Of a DNA stretch of 64,000 bases, positions 32,846 through 46,345 are shown in pieces; the first letter of the stretch is position 1; each line of letters starts with the position of its first letter. The notes under the pieces are model-generated. The model ran no database searches. It worked only from the letters and a program-made list of their open reading frames with translations, and was not told the origin of the DNA. The translations under genes and the position numbers were made by a program. The stretch spans positions 30,816,001 to 30,880,000 of the forward strand of contig NW_024704743.1 in NCBI RefSeq assembly GCF_018977255.1, read 5' to 3'. Origin of the DNA: Callorhinchus milii (taxonomy: Eukaryota).

Positions 32846-35800
32846 AGCTGTTATAGCTCAGTACTGCGATAGGCGGTGCAGGACAGTCTAGACTTCCATA
32901 TTACGTTTTCTTCAACTAGTCACTCGAGTGTCAGAAGGTAGGACCAAAAGTTCAGTGCATTGCAGTATGAGTCATTGCCTGGAGAGGATATAATTGGAGG
33001 GCAAAACAATCCCACTTTATGTCTCGTTCAGTATTGTCACCTCTGGAAGTGATACATGATGGAAAATTCAAGGAGGAATTTGATCTTGCTTTGTTTACAC
33101 AGCAAGACAAACAACATCAAATGTTAGGAGTCCCAGAAGGCAGGCCATATTTTGATCCTGTTCAGTCCCGATTTGTCACTTTTCACTTCAGCGAAACAGA
33201 TTACAATCCAGATGTACTTTAGTATAGCATGTGCCATAATTTAAAGTGCTAGAATCGTTTCTGTTCAGCCACATAATTTAACTCATGGGATTAAGCTTGG
33301 CTTCCTTTCAAAATTGAATATAAATCAAATACAACTTTTTAAGAAGCTACTAAATTATACTTATATTTTGTTTAAACAGTCACATTGAATGCAGGCCATA
33401 ACAAATCTCAATATTATTTCTTTTTAGATAAACCCACAAGCAAAAAAAAATGCCTGTTACAAGCATTTCTGAGAAGAACAAAACTTTAGTTTTTCAGTCT
33501 ATTGCCTCGCAGCATGAACGTCTGTCATTTTAATATTACTTTGCACAGATTATTAGGATCCCTACAGTTCTTATTGTGAAACAGTCTTTTGATACCGTCT
33601 TTACATGAGCAATAAAAAAGTCATAATTTGTTTTAATAATCACAAGCGATTTGGATATTTGAGTTTCAACAGCATTCCACTGGCTAGTAACGCATTCCAT
33701 TATAAATTGGCATGGGTTCCACCACACACAATCTTAAATACTTTCAAGCAGGCAAAGATTGAAACAGGAAAATCGCGGGATGTGGCTCAATCTATTTTGT
33801 TTGATTTCTGAAATTCCTTCTCAGGTTTCACATTAAATTCTTTTCCGTCAGTGACCTTCAACAAATATCTGTGCCAACACCCTGTGTCATGGAATAGTTG
33901 GGTGTGGATTTATGCCCACAGTTATGTTCAACATGTAATAAATTTCTAATCTGGGCTGTGCTGTTAGAAGGAGGCACTGAGTAGAGGAAACTTCGTGATT
34001 TCTTCATTCTCAATACCACATGTTGAATTTCTGGAGAAAGACCAAGGGAATTGAATTAAAATAGATAGCTCTTGTGGAGAAGCTATCATCAGCATAAATA
34101 CGATCAACTGACTAGCCTCTTTCTGTGCCGTATACATTCTTTAAGCCCAAAATTGGACCAGCCTTGGCTTGTAAGAACTTAAATGTCAATATCAGGTAAA
34201 ATTGACTAGTGGCCCATTTTGATTTTAAAGGGGTTTCTGACAGTGAGACTCTATTTCCTAAAGGTCAGGCTTCATCTTTCAACCAACATAGTTTCTAACT
34301 CAATAACATAGCTAAAGCTTTATTGGGAGGCAGACAGATCACACACAAGAGCTTTACATAACAGCTGAACATTATACTTCTGCTAATATTTATAAAAGGT
34401 CTATACTTGTAAAGAATGGGCTAAGTTGTACCACTTCCATTTACTATTCTTTACACATCTAAACAGGACTATGTTACTCAGCCCACTTGTTTCTTAAAAG
34501 ATTCTTCTCATCATATTTATTTTCCTTGATGGCATAGCAACAGTAATGAGGGCAGATGTCTCCCCAATTTGAGCGTAAAAAGTAGAATAAAGTCATAGTT
34601 TCATTTCTACCACATTTCCAGCATGAACTTTTCCACATGAGAAAGGTAGGCATTGAAAAATCCCCTGCTCTCAGGCCCAGCTTTACAATCAACCACTAAG
34701 ACGTTTCTGAAAAGGTACTTCAAATTTCACCTGCTTCCCTGTTGGGAACTGCCAAGCTTCAAGTTATTGCCCTTTTGTAACAGATCACCCAAGATTGGGA
34801 ACTCAGCATGTACAATATCTCAATAATGACTTTGCTGTTGAGCAGGTGCACATAAGGTTTACAATGACAAAAAGCCCTGTAAGCCATTTGATCTAATTTT
34901 TCCATAATACTAACACTCCCTTCTTCACCGAACAAATAAATCTATTCAACAGAGACACCGATGGAGCAGGTCCGTCTTACATCAAATTTCAAAGAATAAA
35001 CAAAGATGCAAATGCTGTCACAAACACAGCCATAATGTTTATTCTCAGGCAATGAATCCATCCTTCTCAAATTTCCAACACACTCTTGTTTCTCCACTAA
35101 CCCAGCAGCAGCTACACCTGTATCAGGCAACAGAAAGTAAGGCTGACGCAATGCAAAATAAATCCTCTTACCTGATGTATTGAACATTTCTCTTTTCCTC
35201 TGTTATCCTGGCTATGTTCAGTCGAATACCAAAGCCCATACTATTGTCACTGAAAGCTGCCATCTTGATTTAGTCCAAACACCACATAGGGGCAGGAGAG
35301 GAAATCTGTGATTTGATTTTTTTGTACAATAATATTATCTGAAAAGATGAATAACCTTTTCACAGCATTTAATGTCCTAACATCATCATGAGTAGAAATT
35401 TGGGAGAGGGGGGAAGAAATTAGCCTCCCAGGTTCTTTTTAAAACCAAATGCCTTTAGTTAAAATTTTAACACATCCCAGCCACCCTACTCCCACTGGCC
35501 TTAGTGAAGAGGGGGATGGATGTAGGTGGGGGGGAATGCTGGATTTGGTTACTCTGGGCTTAGAGGGTGGGGTGTATCACTATGGCAACCACTGTGGAGG
35601 TCAAGGCTGTTCAACTCTTCCAAGCACCAGTGTCCCATTTTATATTGGACCACTGGGGTCTATTTTGTGCTCTCAATGAAAACTGAGTTAATAGAGGAAA
35701 TGTGCAATTATTAGAGGGAAAGTACCAGATCCCCGAAAGCTGTGTGCGATGCGTGTTGTTTTTTTGGTGGTGTAAGAACATTGAATCGCTTTTAAAAAAA

Positions 35801-36912
35801 ATGTTGCAGTTAGTAGGAATGCAGCAATAACCAATGCTCTACAAGAAGGTTAGAGGATGACATTGGGAATGTGCATGCTGATGTCTCTGCGGGTTTACTG
35901 GGTTAAGGTAATAATAATAATCCTTGCATTCGCCTTATCACGTCGATGAGACATCTGAAAGCCCTTCAAGGTAGACAAATTGATGGGCTGTGTTCCTGCA
36001 CAGACCAACCAAGAGAGCAATAAGCAGGCACATTATTACAAGTTTTTAATATAAATACACATTGCGAAACCATTAAGCAGTGACACTTTAAAAGTAATTA
36101 CAGAGCCTGTAAAATGTTAGTGCTGCCAATGAATAATTTTAAAGAAAGAAATTTGACAAAGTATGTACCTCCCCAAGTAAATTTGATATTAACACACATT
36201 ACTGGTAACACAGCCTTAACCAATCGCAGTGTGAAAAGTTAATTATGAATAATGGAGGCATAAGAGTTAAGTCATAAAAGTTTATTGCACTGTGATCATA
36301 AATAAGAGGCAAGGTATTGCACTGAAGATCAAAATGTACTCTAATCGTATACTGTTCTTCCTCATAAGTATTATTCAAAAATAAAAGTTTGAAACAGCGG
36401 GTATGTCAGGTACAAAGGCTGCTTCGGAGAAGATAATAATACATGTCACTGTAGGAATGCAACATTTCAATATGAACAAAACACTGATAAAAATGCGACA
36501 TGCAACCATACCCGTCATTGTATGGTCCAAGAGAAAGTATGAAATGCATCACGAATAAAGCAACTGCCGTGTTACAAGTGTTGCAGCAACATCAACGAGA
36601 CCGAACCCTTCATTTCTTTTTGGCCAGTCGGGTGTCCAACACATGTTGAAACCGATCACGATATTAAGAATATCTAAACCAGACAGAGTTCAAGACATGT
36701 ACACACCAACTCATTGGTAATTTCCCTTAGCTGGAATGTAATGGGCACTCCCTCCCTTGTGGGACAAATTCTGCTTACCTATTTCTGGAAACTATTATAC
36801 TAGAGTGTATTATAAGCTTCCCACGAGCTTAGGGGCTTTCAATGGCAAGCTATGCAGTTTGCAAATTTTCCTGTTGCTTTTCCAGCTAGGACCACCCTAC
36901 CCATAAGGGCTT

Positions 36913-38055
36913 TGGCATGCAGAGAACAGGAGCTAATTGGGAAAAATCCCTGCCCCAAGTGACTGGTCTGCTCCTCTAAGTCGTACCAATGAGCCAGACT
37001 GCCTGCTTTGTCAGCCGCAGTGAATTACCCCGGACCCGCCCGGACTACCGAGACAGCAACAGAGGATTGTCTCGATTCCGACATTTCATTGCCAAGCAAG
37101 TCAACTTGGAACCAGTTCAGCTCCAAGGAGACCCAGCTTATCCACCCCCTGGAGGATTACAGCTACCTCAATTATTTCCAGCATTACAGCTACCTCAATT
37201 ATTTCCATTCCCATCATTGGCATGAAAGTTGTTGTCCACAGGGACACAGAACATGCAGAAACTCAAGTACTTTGTAGTACTTGTACCTCAGCCCCAGTAG
37301 TAAGGTGAACACTTCTCCCAATATGTCGTGAACAGAACAGAAGGCTCAGTTTCATTCCAGTGAATGCTTCAGGCATGATATTTTAATTCCATGCTTCAAA
37401 CAAGTATGCTCCTTGTCTGGAGATCCCAAAATGTGTACACTCCTTCAAACATTAGGAACTCCTAACTTTGAAAGCCTTTAGAATTCCTTGAAATTCTCAT
37501 CCAAGTTTCTCCACATCAGCTGCAGCACAACATTGCTAATGCTTTTTACCAGCACTTGTGAGATTCTCAGAACATTCTTAAGTGTTCATTCCACTCAGGC
37601 ACAATCACACCTTTTCCATAAAACCTTGCAACATTGAACACTTGGCCTTCACGTGTTTAGGTTTCTGAGGATCGTGGCCTCTATCTTTTTGCTCCTTTAA
37701 TGCAGCACAGTGTTTGTCATCCTTCAAAATATTAATCGCAGAAGCTCCATAGCACTAACCTAGATCTTAAATTCTCCTCTCTTGACCACAGCAGCTCTAT
37801 GAATTGTGTCAGCTGAACTTCTTGAACTGTGTACCAGCATTGACCCCTTAGCAGCCTTCAGTCCTCCCTCAATATTTGGGTAGGGATGAGTACCTTTGCA
37901 AAGATGGAAATGAACTGCTTTATTGCCAGCAGTTTAATGCCTAATAATTGCTGTTAATGAGGTGCCATTGCATAACTGGCATGTAGACAACAGGAGCTGA
38001 TTGGGAAAAATCCCTGCCCCGAGTGACTGGTCTGCTCCTCTAAGTCCTACCAATG
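36913..38055. repeat. 79-bp direct repeat pair (36913-36991 and 37977-38055)
   Basis: tggcatg.aga.aacaggagct.attgggaaaaatccctgcccc.agtgactggtctgctcctctaagtc.taccaatg, with 5 mismatches by eye. Confidence 0.9.
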
Positions 38056-38467
38056 TACTTCTGTATCATTAAAAACCTGCCTAGGATCCTATTTACTAAT
38101 TTTTCACCTAATCATAATACACCTGCCCACTATTTGAACTCTGATCATCTTCCCACTATGTACAATAAAGGAAGCAAAACTCTGTCCCCCTAAGTTTCCT
38201 AATTCCAAGAGAAATACATTTCCTTTTCAACTTTCTTACTTTAGCATTTGGACTCAGCGGATAGATATATTCCCTTTCTGCTCCAGATAACCCTGCAAAC
38301 CAATCTTACAATGGGTAAGGTGGCCCTAACTGGACAAGAACTGGAAGCCTAGGAGTGCCTCATACTACTAAATTCTGCAATTTTAAGTGGGTTAAATCCA
38401 GCAGTTTACCCAATACCCAATTAATGGGATGCCTATTGCCTTGGCTTCCACCAGACTGTGGAGTCCT

Positions 38468-38833
38468 GGAGTCCTGTCGCTTAGTGGTTAGAGCCCTCAT
38501 CTCGCAACCTGGGTTCGATTCCCAGCAGGGCAAAATGTTGAGCAAGTTTCCTTATGCTAAACACCTTTGTTTACCTAGCGGTAAGTAGGAACCCAGTTGT
38601 TAGTCGATTGGCGGATTGCTTTTCCGGGGTAATAATCCTTTAAAAAAAATAATAATTTGGTCACTCAATCCACGACTGTTTGTAGGACACTGCTGTGCAC
38701 AATTGGCTGTCGTGTTTCAGCCACAAAGTGTGCAGTCAATGCACTTTGCAGAATATTCTGTGAAGCGCTTTGAGACGTCTCAAAGAAGTGATAAGGAAAA
38801 TGCAAGGATTATTATTAGTAGTATAATTATTAT
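38468..38833 (+). mobile_element. Full-length tRNA-derived SINE (long subfamily)
   Basis: tRNA-like head with GGTTCGATTCC, shared body and tail. Confidence 0.88.
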
Positions 38834-39264
38834 TTCTGGTTTTCAGAGTCCGCTTTATGAGTTGATCTATTTCCTGTTACCCACATTGCCCATTAAATTT
38901 TCCTCTCTCCAGAGGAAATAAGCAAAATGATCTCATTCTGGGGAAGGAAGGGGAGAGTGCCTTTTTATCTTACCAATCGCCCACTCGCACTGTTATACCT
39001 GGGGAATTTGTTTCAAATTCTGTTTTGAAATTAAATGTATTTCACCCCTGTGGTAGAGGGTTACAAAGGAAGTCACCCACTCACGGAAAGAGAGACTTAT
39101 ATGAGTACAGAGAGAAATATACGTGCCTGACATTCACTGCAGTGTTAGAAGCAACACCATTTACTTTCACAGCTCCTTTCACATAGGACGAACAGCTTGA
39201 AGTGTTTCATAGAGCCAATAAAATTGTGGAATTTGTAAAAATTAAATAGAAATTAAAAATTAAA

Positions 39265-39443
39265 TAAAATTGGTCATTCACTTGATGGCTGTTTGTAGGA
39301 CACTGCCGTGGCAAATTGGCTGCCATTTGCGTTCGACTATAAAATACACATTCATTACACTTTATAGTATATCCTGTAAAGGGATTTGAGACATCCTCCC
39401 AACGAGAAAGATGGTATATCAAATATATGGACTATTATTATTC
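39265..39443 (+). mobile_element. SINE 3' fragment
   Basis: Contains ggctgtttgtaggacactgccgtggcaaattggctgcc and a matching tail. Confidence 0.7.
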
Positions 39444-39967
39444 ATAACAGCACCAAGAAGGAATAAGGGAGAACAGAATTTAAAGGCGTTGACCGAAGGC
39501 ATGATCAAAGAGAGAGATTTTTAAAAGGATTTTGAAGAGGGGAAAGAAAACTGAAAGCAAAAGAATTTGGGGGAGAGGATTCAATAGAATAGGGACACCA
39601 AATGTCTAGATGGATGGGGCAAGGGAGCTCAAAGAAAGTTTAAAGCACGTGTCTGAAAGCCATAGTAGGGCAGCCACAGTTAGGCCCAATTCAGTCAGGA
39701 TTCCATGAATGGGATAGAACTTGCTGGGGCCATGGGGATGTGTAGCTGAAGTTGACTGTTTGTTCCTCAAGTTAAAACAGTGTGAGACAGCATTAAACAA
39801 GGCAAACAGGACGCTGAGTTGAGTTCAGATACCCAAAGATCACACTCAAGTGCTCTGGTCAGGCTGCGCATGGAGTTCTGCGTACAGTTCTGATCACTGC
39901 AACAAAAGGGGTCTGGCCGAGCACAAGAGCCAAAGTGCCATTATCTGATTTGAACAAAATTGACTTG

Positions 39968-40347
39968 TGAAGTCCTGTAGCTCAGTGGTTAGAGCACTCG
40001 CCTCGCAAGAGAGAGGACCTGGGTTCGATTCCCGAGCAGAGCGAAACATTGGGCAAGTTTCCTTCTTCCAGACGCCTCTGTTTACCGAGCAGTAAGTAGA
40101 AACCCAGGTGTTAGTCGACTGGCGGGTCGCTTTTCTAGGGGTAATAATTCCTTCAAAAAATAATAATAATTTGGTCACTCAATCCACGATTGTTTGTGGG
40201 ACACTGCTGTGCACAATTGGCTGCCACATTTCGCCCACAAAATATGCGGTCAATTCACTGTCAATACAGTATATCCTGTAAAGCGCTTTGAGACATCCTG
40301 AAGACGTGATAAGCTGCAACATCGAATGGAAGAATTATTATTTATTA
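39968..40347 (+). mobile_element. Full-length tRNA-derived SINE (long subfamily)
   Basis: Head gtcctgtagctcagtggttagagcac..gggttcgattcc followed by the shared body. Confidence 0.9.
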
Positions 40348-41286
40348 TGTATAAAATGGACCTTGTTTCCGCAGAGGCAATGCTGGGGATCACAAGTTGC
40401 AGTCAAGAGTCTGACATTCTTGGTCTCCCTCATGTATCAGCAAAGAAAAAAAAAGGTTTCAACTCCCCTCTTACCCCAAAATACCCCCCCATAATTGAGA
40501 TCACTAAACCTTGTCTAGCTCTGGCAACCGTGGCACTGTCTTCTCTATTTCATGATTGTGGAACTTGGGAGATTATGATTTCATTAACATTGCATATGTC
40601 ATTCTCTCCTCCTCTTCACATTGCTTCGCAGAATATCATCGCCTCTGACAGAGTGTACTCTGCGGCCTGAGCCTATAGCTCTGGGTTTGGCTGTTTATTA
40701 GGATTTGCTGGAAATTTAAACACATTTGTAGCCCAAAGTCCACCAAACAATAGCCCAAGAGTAGCCCAATATTGTGTGTAGCCTCCTATGGGGTACAGAG
40801 TGGGAGATTTATCCTAGTCCTTTTGAAACTGGGGAAGAAAAGGTGTTCAAAGGAAAAAAAAGCTTTGCAGCTTTAAGTTACAAATTTTAAACAAGGCACC
40901 CCCTTTTCATGCAGACAACAAAACCTGCCCAATTGGGCGTGAAACCGTCCAATCTAACAACATTGCTAGGATAGCCAATGAGAGGTTAAATCTCGTAAGG
41001 CACAAGGTTCCCCTCGAGCCTTCCTCCCTGAGCTCCAGCTACAATGTCATAAAATGATAGAAGAAAATATCTGAACAAGGGAAAACATTCTCCAGGTCGC
41101 AGGCCAAAGCAGCCAGAAGTTGAAGTCCGCGAAGATCAAGTGCCAAGTGTGTGAAGATGAAAGCCCTAAAAATGTTATTGTTCCAAATGATACTTCTTCA
41201 TCATTACAACAAACCATTGACAGTTAAGGGGGGAGGGGAAAGGAGGGGTAGTGCCTTCCCCCCCCAATGAAAATGCACCGACCCTA

Positions 41287-41499
<213 letters not shown>

Positions 41500-41569
41500 C
41501 TACCCCCTTCCACCACCCAACCTCCCCTCAATCGCAGCCTATGGGGCTTGGAACTCATATGCTTTATTC

Positions 41570-41895
41570 AATGCAGTGCTGGGGACGTGCTGCATTGTTT
41601 GAAGCACTGTCCTTCAGTTGAGACGTTAAACAGAGGTTCTGTCGGCTGTTCGGGCGGACGTTAAAGATTCCATGGGACTACTCAAAAAGAGAAGGGAGTT
41701 TCTCCTGTGTCCTGGCCAACAATCCTCCAAATAAAATTGATTATTCATGGCTGTTTGTAGGACATTGCTGTGCGCAAATTGGATGCCACATTCACCCACA
41801 AAATACATAGTTACTACACTTTTCAGAATATCCCGTGAAGCGCTTTGAGACAACTTCCCAACATGAAAGGTGCTGTATCAAATGCAAGGATTTGT
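41570..41895 (+). mobile_element. Deu-domain-type SINE (SacSINE1-like)
   Basis: The central domain gttaaacagagg..ggacgttaaagattccatgg..gggagtttctcctgtgtcctggccaac resembles the DeuSINE domain as I recall it, and the tail is L2-like. Confidence 0.75.
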
Positions 41896-42727
41896 TTTCC
41901 AATTTTCCTCTTCCCTTCAATTTCCCCTTAATACCAGCTCTATTTCTTCCCCTGTTGAGATCATGAATTTGCCATACAATGACATGTGGATGCGAACTAA
42001 TGGCTCACCACGTTTCAATTTGCTGCCTTATCGAGTAAATGCACTGTTGTAATTAATTGTTGAACTTCCCCTGTATTTGAGCCCCCTCCAGCTCAAATTC
42101 TGAATGAAGGGTGTTTTTTGAAGTGCTCTGAGACACTACCCTGTGTGAAATGTGCTATATAAATGCATGTTGTTGTAAAAAAATGAAATTTGTTGTTATT
42201 GGGCAGGTTGAAATGTCTTCCTTCAGATAACTTGGTAAGGTATTAATAATGTTGAAACCAACCCAACCAAAGAACTGAAAAGAATTTCTTAATTTGACCC
42301 AGAATTAAATGTTCTTTTTAAAAACTCAACTGTGACCCTTTAAGGCAAAATTACAACAGGACTGAGACGAGATCATAATTAGATTTATTCATTTTCAGCA
42401 GGATCCTTCACCAAGGACATAAAATGTACCAGATTAAAAACATAAACGGAATGAAACACGATAAAATATAATGAAAGAATAATTGAATTTCTTTTTAAAA
42501 ATTAGGGAAAAACTCAAGTTATTATATCCAATTTCAGCTCTAATGAACAATTTCAAAAAGTCAAGAATTTTTTCCAATTTAGTGCCTGACATAAAATCCA
42601 ATTCTTCCAGGATCATTTTATAAAGGATATAAAGGCATCTGAAAGTCCCTTTTCTGCTGTTGATAAACATGTATTGCAGCAAGGTTATCTGTGTCATGAA
42701 GGCATCATCAAATTGCTTTAAATTTAT

Positions 42728-43405
42728 CAGCCTGGCTCAGTTGCTAATACTCTCTGATCTGGATCAGAAGGTTATGGGATTTGAGTTCAAAGACTAGACT
42801 GACATTCCATTGCAGTATTGGGGATGTAACGCATTGTGAAAGATGCCATCCTTTGAATCCTTTGTGGAGTCCTGTAGCTCAGTGGTTAGAGCACTCGCTT
42901 TGCAAGCGAGAGACCTGAGTTCAATTCCAGGCAGGGCGAAACCTTGGGCAAGTTTCCTTACTCCACACGCCTAATAATAATCCCTCCAAAAAAAACAAAA
43001 AACAATAATAAATTGGTCATTTTCAATCTACGACTGTTTGTGGGACATTGCTGTGCGCAATTGGCTGCCGCGTTCGCCCACAAATATACAGTCAATTCAC
43101 TTTACAGTGTGTTCTGTGAAGCGCTTTGGGACGTCCTCCCGACGTGAAAAGCGCTATATCAAATGCAAGGATTATTATTATTATTATTATTATTAAGACA
43201 TTAAACGGAGGTCCTGTCTACATTTCATCTGGTGCATGTGAAAGATCTTATGTCGCTATTTGAAAAGTGTAGGGAGCTTGTCCTGGTATCCTGGCTAACA
43301 ATCTAACTAATGGTATCATGACTGTTTTTGGGACCATTCTGTGTTGCAAATTGGCTGCCACATTTGCCTACAAAAAACATTTGACAGGAAAAACTGTAAA
43401 ATGCT
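42728..43405 (+). mobile_element. Old Deu-type SINE split by a young SINE insertion
   Basis: The 5' part at 42728-42860 continues at ~43196 (gacattaaacggaggtcc..). Confidence 0.7.
42866..43195 (+). mobile_element. Full-length young tRNA-derived SINE (short subfamily)
   Basis: tRNA-like head with A and B boxes and an anticodon-like stem ctcgc-tttgcaa-gcgag, an L2-like 3' end, and a pure (TTA)n tail. Confidence 0.93.
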
Positions 43406-43652
43406 TGTAAAGACAGGTATATGAAAGATAGATGGTTGAAGAGGTATGAGAATAGGAAAGGGCAGTGGGATTGAATGAACATCTTGGTCTAAGAACCAGT
43501 GTAGACTTAACGGGCTGAATGGCCACTTTCTGTGCTGTAAATCTCTATGATTCTCGCTTCTCCTGATGGCTCTCAGAGACTAGCAATTGGCCAGTACCTC
43601 CCTTGCTGTTATTCACAAGTGATTGTGGAAAGTGAGTATCAGCAGGATATTC

Positions 43653-44275
43653 AACAACAACAAAATTACATTTGTATAGCGCCTTTCACGTTAGGAGGAC
43701 ATCCCAAGGCCCTGGACATTCAGTGTTTCGTACCTGAGCTGGGGATTGAGATTGGGCAGGATGGAGGGCAGGGGCAGAAGGAGGGTGATCAAAGGCATGT
43801 TTCAAGAGGAGGATCTTGAGATGAGTCGTGAAGGAGGCAAGGGAGGGGGCCAGGCGGAGGGACCGCGGGATGGGGTTCCAGAGGATGGGTGCAGAGTGGC
43901 GGAAGGTCCGCCCGTCAATAGTGGGCAAGCAAGACAGGGGACATGAAGCAGGCCGGAGCCCGCTGAGCAGAGGGAGTGAATAGGTTGTTAGGGGGTTAGG
44001 AGGTAGCAGAGGTAGGGGGGAGCAAGGTGGTGGAGGGCTTTGAAGGTGAGGACCAGGATCTTACACTGTATCCTCTGTGTGATGGGAAGCCAGTGGAGTC
44101 GGGCGAGGATGGGGTGATAGGGTCACAGACCCTGGTGCCAGAGAGATCACGGGCTGCAGAGTTCTGGATGATCTGCAGCCTGTGGAGGGAGGAGTTGGGG
44201 AGGCCGACCAGCAGGGAGTTTGCATAGTCAAGTCGGGATGTTATGAATGTGTGTATGAGGGTCTCGGCGGCGGAT
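43653..44275 (-). mobile_element. L2-clade LINE 3' end
   Basis: Reads [56 protein letters not shown], with a (TTG)n tail. Confidence 0.92.
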
Positions 44276-45294
44276 TCAACTGTGAGAAGTATTACAGCTA
44301 ACCCTATAGACACTCACCAGGAGTCAGTGTCTGTGTTCCTGAACACCTGCTCAGAATCTCCATTTGAAAGTTCCTGTATGTGGATATGCTGTGATGTCCC
44401 TGACAGTCAAAAGACTTGTAAGAACTCTTTGTCTAGACTCACTCACAAAGAACAGCAGAGAAGCTTATGGAATCTCACTGTAGTATTAGTTACAATTTTT
44501 TTAGGAATGTAGGAGAGTAAAGGGCATAAAATTGGGAAAGGTTTTGATGCTTCCAGCATGAACATTATCCCAAACTTCTCCATAGTAGTGTATTGTACTG
44601 TACAAATCCTGCTCAGCTGCAATTGGAGCGACATAATATACTATATGGTATGTGCTCATGACGTACTACTGATGAAAGGGTTTATTTATTTCCGGTAATT
44701 TTAAAATTTTGTGCATACATTTATTGAAATAAAAATAATTGCTCGGAACCAAGGGGTAATAATTAATAGTTCTTGATTTTTTTCAACACACAGCTGCCTC
44801 TGGTACAGTCTTTTATTGAGATCTCAGTCTATTTTCAGATTTTGGAACAGAGGGACTGTGCAGGGTCTAGCCACGCCTGGGGCAAATGGAGGAGAAATGA
44901 GGTCTGTTAAAGCCTATTGCCTTCAAACTCATGACTTTTCTTTCATGGCAATTTCCAAGTGACACAAAGAAGTCACAAGTCCCAATGTCGTTTCATCTGC
45001 TTACTTTCTCCCGATGTGAACAATGTGTTATTCTATTATTAACTCCTGTCTCCACCCTTGTATTCAGACCTTTGACAAACCTCCCACCACCCTCCCGCCT
45101 TGGCTTAGTTGATAAAGTCACAGCCCGGTGTGAAACTGAACAATACAAAAATAAATAATCCTTGCATTTGATATGGCACATTGGAAGGGCGTCTCAAAGC
45201 TTCACGGGATTTTTACTGTATTTTTTGAAGAAATGCTGCAGCCAATTAACGCACAATTAGCATGAAGTGAATAACCAATTTTATTGGAGTAATA

Positions 45295-45625
45295 AACTGC
45301 CCAGTGTGGAAAGGTCCCAGATTTAATTCCTAATCTATACTGAGTTAATTGATCTCAGACAGGGTGGCAGAGGGTGAGTCACAATTGCCCTTAGTGACCT
45401 GAACTTGGAAAGATTCCCCACCCTGATCACCATCCACTGACTTCTCTCCGGCCTGTGCTCCTGTGTGAATATCCAGTGACAGGATGACACGTAAACTGTG
45501 TTTATGCTCTTGATCAACTGTCCTGCCACAATTTTCCTGGCTCATCCTTAGGCCAGTTACTGGAGGGAGGTAGTGCGTGCTGAACCCTTTCCAGCACAAG
45601 GCATCATCTTCAAGGGGAAAAGAGG
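45295..45625 (+). mobile_element. Ancient SINE-like repeat of unassigned family
   Basis: Related diverged copies at ~47060-47520 (-), ~51830-52105 (+) and ~32400-33000. Confidence 0.5.
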
Positions 45626-45675
45626 AAGGGAAAACGTTGGAGCAGGGGGAAAAAGTTATGAAAGGAAACTTTGAG

Positions 45676-46345
45676 AACAACAACAAAATTACATTTGTAT
45701 AGTGCCTTTCACGTTGGGAGGACATCCAAGGCGCTGGACAGACAGAGTTACGGACCCAAGCTGGGGGTCGGAGTGGGGGTGGGTGGAGGGTAGGGTGGGA
45801 ATCAGGGAGATCAAAAGCACGGTTGAAGAGGAAAGTTTTGAAGTGGGTCTTGAAGGTGGCGAGGGAGGGGGTCTTACGGAGGGACTGCGGATGGAGTTCC
45901 AGAGGGTGGGTGCAGAGTGGCGGAAGGCCTGCCTGCCAATAGTGGGGCGAGCAAGTCGGGGGACGTGAAGCAGGCCAGGGCCCACTGAGCAGAGGGAGCA
46001 AACAGGGTGGTTGGGGGTTAGGAGGTCGGAGAGGTAGGGGAGAGCAAGACCGTGGAGGGCTTTGAAGGTGAGGATCAGGATCCTGAATAGTATCCTCTGT
46101 GTGATGGCAAGCCAGTGGAGTTGGGCAAGGATGGGGGTGATAGGGTCACGGAGCCTAGTGCAGAAGAGGACATGAGCTACAGAGTTCTGGATGTTCTGCA
46201 GCCTGTGGAGGGAGGAGTCGTGGAGGCCGACAAGCAGTGAGTTTTCATAGTCGGGCCTCGATGTAATGAAGGCATGTATGAGGGTTTCGGCGTCCTGCGG
46301 TGTGAGAGAGTGTTGGAGCCGGGCAACGTTGTGGAGAAGGCCAAA
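45676..46345 (-). mobile_element. L2-clade LINE 3' end
   Basis: Reads GLLHVPRLARPTIGRQAFRHSAPTLWNSI..SLATFKTHFKTFLFNRAF, with a (TTG)n tail. Confidence 0.92.

Noticed and set aside
36913..38055. Intact LTR retrotransposon
   Set aside because: The repeats are only 79 bp, with no matching TSD, no clear PBS or PPT and no open ORF.
40500..40970. Possible MITE / non-autonomous DNA transposon (ctggcaacc and ctaacaacattg ends)
   Set aside because: I could not pair terminal inverted repeats or find a TSD.
42866..42940. tRNA-Ala(TGC)-like gene (also at ~20140, 38468, 39968, 60070, 63490)
   Set aside because: These are SINE heads. Each continues into the SINE body, and the anticodon varies between copies.
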